Source: Piedraia hortae CBS 480.64
Taxonomy: Eukaryota
Direction of reading: 5' to 3'
Length of the DNA stretch: 40,217 bases
Assembly: GCA_010093745.1 (NCBI GenBank)
Contig: MU005975.1
Coordinates: forward strand, 248,001 to 288,217
The translations under genes and the position numbers were made by a program. The notes beneath the pieces are model-generated. The model saw nothing but the letters and a program-made list of their open reading frames with translations, made no database searches and was not told the origin of the DNA. This document shows, piece by piece, positions 34,839 through 40,217 of the stretch (position 1 is its first letter; the number at the start of each line of letters is the position of its first letter).

Positions 34839-37800
34839 CTATCTATGCATTCTCAACATATAAATGTTCACAGTAAACCGGGATGTTTCGTCATCAGCCA
34901 TGTGCCTCCACAACATACCCGTCATTCTCTCGCACTCTGGTAGATATGCCGATGGTCCATGAGTCTTCCCGCATTCTGTACCACAGAGGTGTTGGACGTT
35001 GAGAACCTTGATAATATCTGGAATAGGTTTGATGGACCACTGACCAGTTGGCGCTGGAATATCCAGACCTTCGGACACAGCACGGTGCCCGATGCGTATC
35101 TGCGATTCGATCAAATGGAACCCTTCGAGTAGGACAAACTCAGAGAACGGCGCACACCGTCTCACAAACAGCTTGATGCGATAGAAGTTGCCTCTCCCAG
35201 CACACTGAAATAAGGAGCCGCTTCGGCCACTGATCGACCCGTATCGTCTTGGAAAGGCATGGTAAGTCCGTGCGGGAATCTGAGCCCCTCCAAAGCGCTA
35301 GCTAATGCACTCGGTACGCTATTCAGAGCCAGATACATACCACTGGTCTTGAGCTCTTTCTTAACGGGGAACCCGATCTCTTCTCGGTTTTCCGGTGAGT
35401 TAAAAACTTTTTAACATTATCCCCGGCGCGAGTCATGCTGGAGCCTTTGTAGACGAAGAGTCCTTCATCCGCGGTAAATTGAAGACCATCAGCGAGTGCA
35501 TACTTGGCCATAATATCACGAGACAGCGAGTGCCTATTGGTATGCAACACAAGATCACGAAAGTACTTGTTCATGGATTCTTGTCCTTGGACACTCGTAC
35601 CGAGAACTGGCCCAAACCTTCGGACCCACATTGGGATGTGGGCCAAGTGGTGGAATTTTGTCTTTCGTCTAATCGATCCCACGCCCCACAATATTTCCCA
35701 CGTCCTGAGCATGTCTTCGAGTATTAACATGAACTCCGTGGACCACGAGTCAAGATCATAGATTGTCGTGTCGTGCATTAGCTTTGTCAGCTGTGCAGCC
35801 ACATGCCACATGTGCGCCAGATTTCTCATCCTGGATGTGTGCCGTTTGGTGGCGTACAAGGAGAGCAAGGCTTGAGGGTCCAGTTGTACAAGGGTGCGAA
35901 AGCTGCCACCATTGAACGTACCGCTCCATTGAATGATCTGCTTAGCTTTTGGAATGGAGTCGAACCTGTCTGGGTTCATTGCTGTGATCCGAACAGCGAG
36001 GTCCATAAACAAAGCCTTCACTGCCGACTCTTTCTTGGTCTCCAGCCACAAGTATCTGACGTACCCGAGCATGGCGCCATGCAGCAAGTCGTAAGGCATA
36101 TCCAGGTGTGGGTTGAAACCCCCAAGATTGAAACATCCTGTTAGGGGCTGTTGCAACCCCAGCAGCCCATGCTCTTTGACTTTCTTCGTGGTGTGCGGCG
36201 TTCGCAATGCCGTGGGTCAAATTATGTGTCGCCAGCGCCTGTTCCCTGAACGGTCATGGTGGCATACCCGGCAAGAAAAGTCGGAGCCCCACATGTGCGA
36301 GCAAAGGTCGGAGGCTGCCGGGTTATCACCCACAATCATGACGAGCCCTCCACATAGCATTTGGTACTGCTGGGTTTCCGAGTTGAATACGAGGATTTCA
36401 CGCTGCAAGCGGACCAGATTTTCTCTGATTGTCTCCACTATGCTCACATACTTCATCCTGTGACCCACAGCGATGGTGTTGATATTTGATGCGTAGTAGT
36501 TTTCCTAAAGAGTAACGGTTACTATGTGTCATAAAGACCAATAATGCTGCTTACCTCACGAGAACGGCCGGTGAGGCACATGGTCCATACGTCCAATGGA
36601 TCACACTTTTTGCCTTTCTTTGACCCAACGCCATCGTTCCAGATGCTGATGTTCATCTGCACAAGCTCGACGCCCCCGGTGTCAACATCTCTTCGAGCTG
36701 GGTGCTCCTCGTCGAGAAACTTCCTGAACTCTGGCTTGGATTTGCGACCGTCCGTTGAGGCAAAAGCAAAATTTGCTTTATCGGAATGGCCGACAATCTC
36801 ACTTTGCCGCAAAGATATCACAGAGGTCTTGTTGATGGTTGGCACTCCATGTCTGGTGCGATGCGTAGGATAGGCTTTCCTGAATCTGGACAGTGCTCAC
36901 CTGACCAGACCAATGGAATGGCTCTAGCTACACGCTCCCGCCTACCCTGGAAACATTGTATTTCGCAGCCCCAAAACATGCCAAACTGGGCATCACTTCC
37001 TCCCTGTGATATTTTCACGATGTTTCCAAGCCACATATTTACCGATTTACCATCAATTTTGTTGTGCAGGTCGCCACGAAGCGATCCGCTTGTGATGACC
37101 CACATCCCTGGTCAGGGTTCGAGTACTCATCAATTTTCTTGTGTAGCTCTAGATACGTGTATATACTGACACACCTGTGGGGTACCGCTGCTTATCAGAA
37201 CAAATTTCATATTTTTTCCATCTGAAGCTGAAGCTGACGCTCCCATCTCCATTATTTGCCGCAAAGCTGCTCATAACACCCCTGTGGATCTATATGCGCT
37301 CCATCGGTGGTCATGACTTCTGCTCTCTGGACAATGGGGGGTTTACGCTTGCTTGCCTCCATATGCAGGATGTCTAATATGCGTATAGAACGATTTCCTT
37401 TCAGAGTTTTCGTGCAGTTGCACATTGGCGTGGACAATGTCCTTGTGGGTCGTCTTCAGACTCCTCAGAGATGGTATGATTACCTCACCTCGGGCCTGAT
37501 GCTTTAGCTCCAATATCCGACGGGTGATATTCAATACGCGGGACACCCTCACATCGCTCACTGGAAACTTGTGTGAGTTAAAGAATTGGAAAAGCATAGC
37601 GTGCGTCTCAAACTTTACATGGAACCATGAATGAGGAAGTTCTTTGAATGTAGATCCCGGCTGTGGCACAAACTGAGACTCTGAGAATGACACAAATTGC
37701 GGCCGACCAGGTCCAAATTGAGACGTCTCCATTTTGTCCTCCCCATGCATAGAATCGCCATCGTAATCAGCCTGTCAGTCAGAGTCGTCTGCAGAATATT

Positions 37801-38390
37801 TCTCGTCTTCGCGGCTGTAAAACGGGCTTTGCTGGAAACAGTTGTCATCCGAAATATCCATTTCTTCTGGTATATCTTCAAGATTTTGTACGCGTGACTC
37901 CGTAACATCGAGCATATCGAAAAACTCGGTAGATTGTCCTTAGAGTGACAATTTTCGACCAGCGCGTTCGTGATATCTAGCATCCCAAACTCGAGGAAAT
38001 CACCTTCTGTATGACCATCTTCAATGGCAAATGATGGGACCGAGTTTGCAGCCCGTGCGTCTCTTAAAGCTGCCATTTCTCTTGCCTGCTGCCTTGATAT
38101 TCTCAGGGCGGCTTTTGATGCATTCTGTCGAGCCTTTGATCTATTTGCTTCTTCCCAACGCTCCTTCTCTTGCCATTTTTCTGAGCCAATCCTCAAGTCG
38201 CGTTTTTCCCTATCATGCTTTGCTGAAACGATGTGTTTGACTGCATGTTTAGGACCAAAAAGCTTGTTGGAGCGACCTTGTAGGCCGATAGGACAAAAGC
38301 TTGGCATTGTGACTGTTCCTAGATGTGGCTTTTGGGTGTATCCATGCTTAGCGAGACGAAGATGCAGTGTGATTCTGAAATGTTGTCCAT
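34839..38390 (-). mobile_element. Degenerate CMC/CACTA (EnSpm/Plavaka-like) DDE transposase gene
   Basis: Fragments in the expected order: zinc-finger-like KHAVKHIVSAKH; ISIWNDGVGSKKGKK; intron 36554-36505; GDNPAASDLCSH..FSCRVC; GFNPHLDMPYDLLHGAMLGYVRY; KFHHLAHI...RFGP...ESMNKYFR...NRHSLSRDI; NVQHLC. Stops, frameshifts and a solo LTR insertion. Confidence 0.75.
37060..37202. mobile_element. Solo LTR family C, copy 2, inserted in the transposase
   Basis: TGTT...AACA, 143 bp, perfect TSD AATTT (37055-37059 / 37203-37207). Confidence 0.9.
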
Positions 38391-38568
38391 GGTAGCCCTG
38401 AACAGATACTCATAAAGAGGTGTTTCAACATAGTACAGTTCACCGGTTTGCGAGAAACGACCCAATCCCTTTGAGCTCCCATAACTTCCCTAACACTGAT
38501 CATATTCTGCAACCACAGACTATTTTTCTATTCGTGCTGAGTTTTGACTTCTATCTATAATTCCAGTC

Positions 38569-39703
38569 ATGGTGGGTGCCACATCCTTCTTACAGTCCCC
38601 GCCAGGACTTTGCCTACTAAAGCCGTCTCAGGGGCAACATTGCGCTTTTCGAACCCGCGCGTCCAGGGTCCCGCTCCTGAAACATCTACACCACAAGCCT
38701 CTAGGCGACCGGTACCGTTTAAAAGTTCCACACGGGGCCAGACGGCGTCTGCACCCACTGGACAGCCAGTACAGGCAACAGTCACTCAGCCTCGCCGCCA
38801 ACGGGTGGCAAGTTCCCTGTCGTTACTTCCAGCCCCCGTAACGACCGGAGAGTTTCACGCCAGAATGGGCGAAGTTAACAGCGATGACGCCAATTACCTC
38901 GTCAAATTCTGCCGGATGGGTTTTCTCAACATGTATGCTGCCACCCTGAGCTGATTAAAATATCAGGAAGATCCCGATATCAAGCTGGCGATTTTGGCGC
39001 GAGAACTTCTAGAGATAAAGGCACAGAACAAAGCGCTTACGGTGCGCCTTGATAAGCAAGATGAGTTTGCCATGTTGGCGCAGCAGGAGGCTGCCCTGGG
39101 TCGGGTGGGTCAAAATTGATGTTCCTTCCAAGAAGAATGGCTAATCCAGTGTCAGCGCGGCGGCTGCACCATGCGTGAAGCATTATACTGGACTCCGTTC
39201 GATCCCACCAAGTGAGAAAGTCCACTGTCTGTCACTGCAAGACCCTCTTTTCATACGTCTAGTGTACTGATTGGTGGAAACCCCTTGCCAGGCGTTCTTG
39301 GTGGCCAAAGCTGTCCTCGAGCCCGATCCGGCGCCATCGGTCGTGGCTAAAGCTGGCCGCAAGAGATCGTCAGTGATGTTCGCCTTCCGAAAGCCGCCGG
39401 CGGGCCTTCCCCTGAAGGGCACCCTCTGGGAAGTAGTCAAGGGCCTCATGCCCAAAAGCAAGCTTACTGCTGCTCAATGCCCAATCGAGCGGGCAGAGAC
39501 AGCTGCAATCTGGGTATGTCAACATCTTTTCTCTACTATGTTTTGCTCTTCCTGACATGAATTTGTAGCGATGGAAAGCTGAACACGCCGTAGTGACGTC
39601 CGAAGACTTCTTCGATCGCTCTCATGAAGCCCATGAGTCCTTGACCGCAGAAGAAAAGCAAGATCACCTTCCCTTACTCGATTGCGTTGCTAACATCTAC
39701 TAG
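38569..39703 (+). pseudogene. Degenerate second (accessory) gene divergent from the transposase
   Basis: P/T-rich N-terminus, then a coiled-coil-like LAILARELLEIKAQNKALTVRL after an in-frame TGA; clear intron 39514-39568 (GTATGT..CTGAC..TAG) joining AAIW to RWKAE..EDFFDR; stop at 39701-39703. Confidence 0.5.
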
Positions 39704-40124
39704 AAAAATCACCTTAAGGACGGATGTAAAGGAGTTCGGGTGGGAGAAGAGGGATGATTGTGGGGAGAGTATCTAGCAGCAGCTGGGACCTGGGCACTCT
39801 GATGATCTCATGAGCTTTTGTTGTGAATATGCGGTATATTACACGCATTATTAGTAGCCGGCGCTCGGCTCTCGACTTCACACGTCAACTAGTTTTCCGT
39901 AGAGATTTGTATGCAGGTACATATCTACTCACAATTAAAATAGCTTTCAAGAGTATGACGTCTATACGGTCTAGGCTGTTGAGTTGGCATATCAAGTTAA
40001 TAGCATCATAGTGACATGGTAGCCAGCATCGCGAGCATATTTCAACGACATAATAGTGATATTTCAGAAAACACCTCCATGATGTGCGGGAAGACAATGC
40101 GGTACAATGTAGAGAAGTATTATC

Positions 40125-40217
40125 TGTTGGATTCAAGCATCGCCGCTAGCGCGTATGCAGGGCACTTGCATAGCAAGTCAGCGATACCTCCTACACTACC
40201 AGCTGCACCCTAGGTTT
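40125..40217. mobile_element. LTR family A, copy 4 (inverted relative to copies 1-3, truncated by the window edge)
   Basis: TGTTGGATTCAAGCATCGCCGCTAGC... is the reverse complement of the right end of copies 1-3. Confidence 0.9.

Noticed and set aside
32926..40217. Inverted LTR A copies 3 and 4 as long TIRs of a composite transposon
   Set aside because: The same family occurs elsewhere as independent solos with their own TSDs; the transposase has its own candidate CACAG terminus; the outer end cannot be seen.
16300..40217. Starship giant transposon
   Set aside because: No DUF3435 tyrosine recombinase (captain) motifs or boundaries are seen in the window; an element with its captain outside the window cannot be excluded.

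Overview
Eukaryotic DNA from a filamentous ascomycete (Pezizomycotina-type proteins; 44-55 nt introns with GT/GC donors, AG acceptors and CTAAC/CTGAC-like branch sites; very short intergenic spacers). The left part holds tightly packed housekeeping genes: glycogen debranching enzyme (5' part), tRNA m1A58 methyltransferase TRM61, chaperonin CCT2, a small INA17-like mitochondrial protein, NAD-IDH1, a kappa-class GST and SAD1/USP39. These are interleaved with transposon debris. From about 16 kb onward the window is accessory and mostly decayed: an acyl-CoA ligase relic, a degenerate repeat-protein locus, Ty1/copia and Helitron relics, a NACHT-WD40 NLR broken only by two nonsense codons, and a degenerate two-gene CMC/CACTA(EnSpm)-like DNA transposon. 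An F-box/LRR pseudogene and a hAT relic lie in the left half. Three families of short solo-LTR-like elements with 5-bp target-site duplications (TSDs) are scattered throughout. The most unusual family (B, about 175 bp, four copies) has non-canonical TA...TA termini and tends to sit just upstream of genes. No rRNA, tRNA or CRISPR was seen. Family assignments come from recognising motifs by eye; no searches were run.
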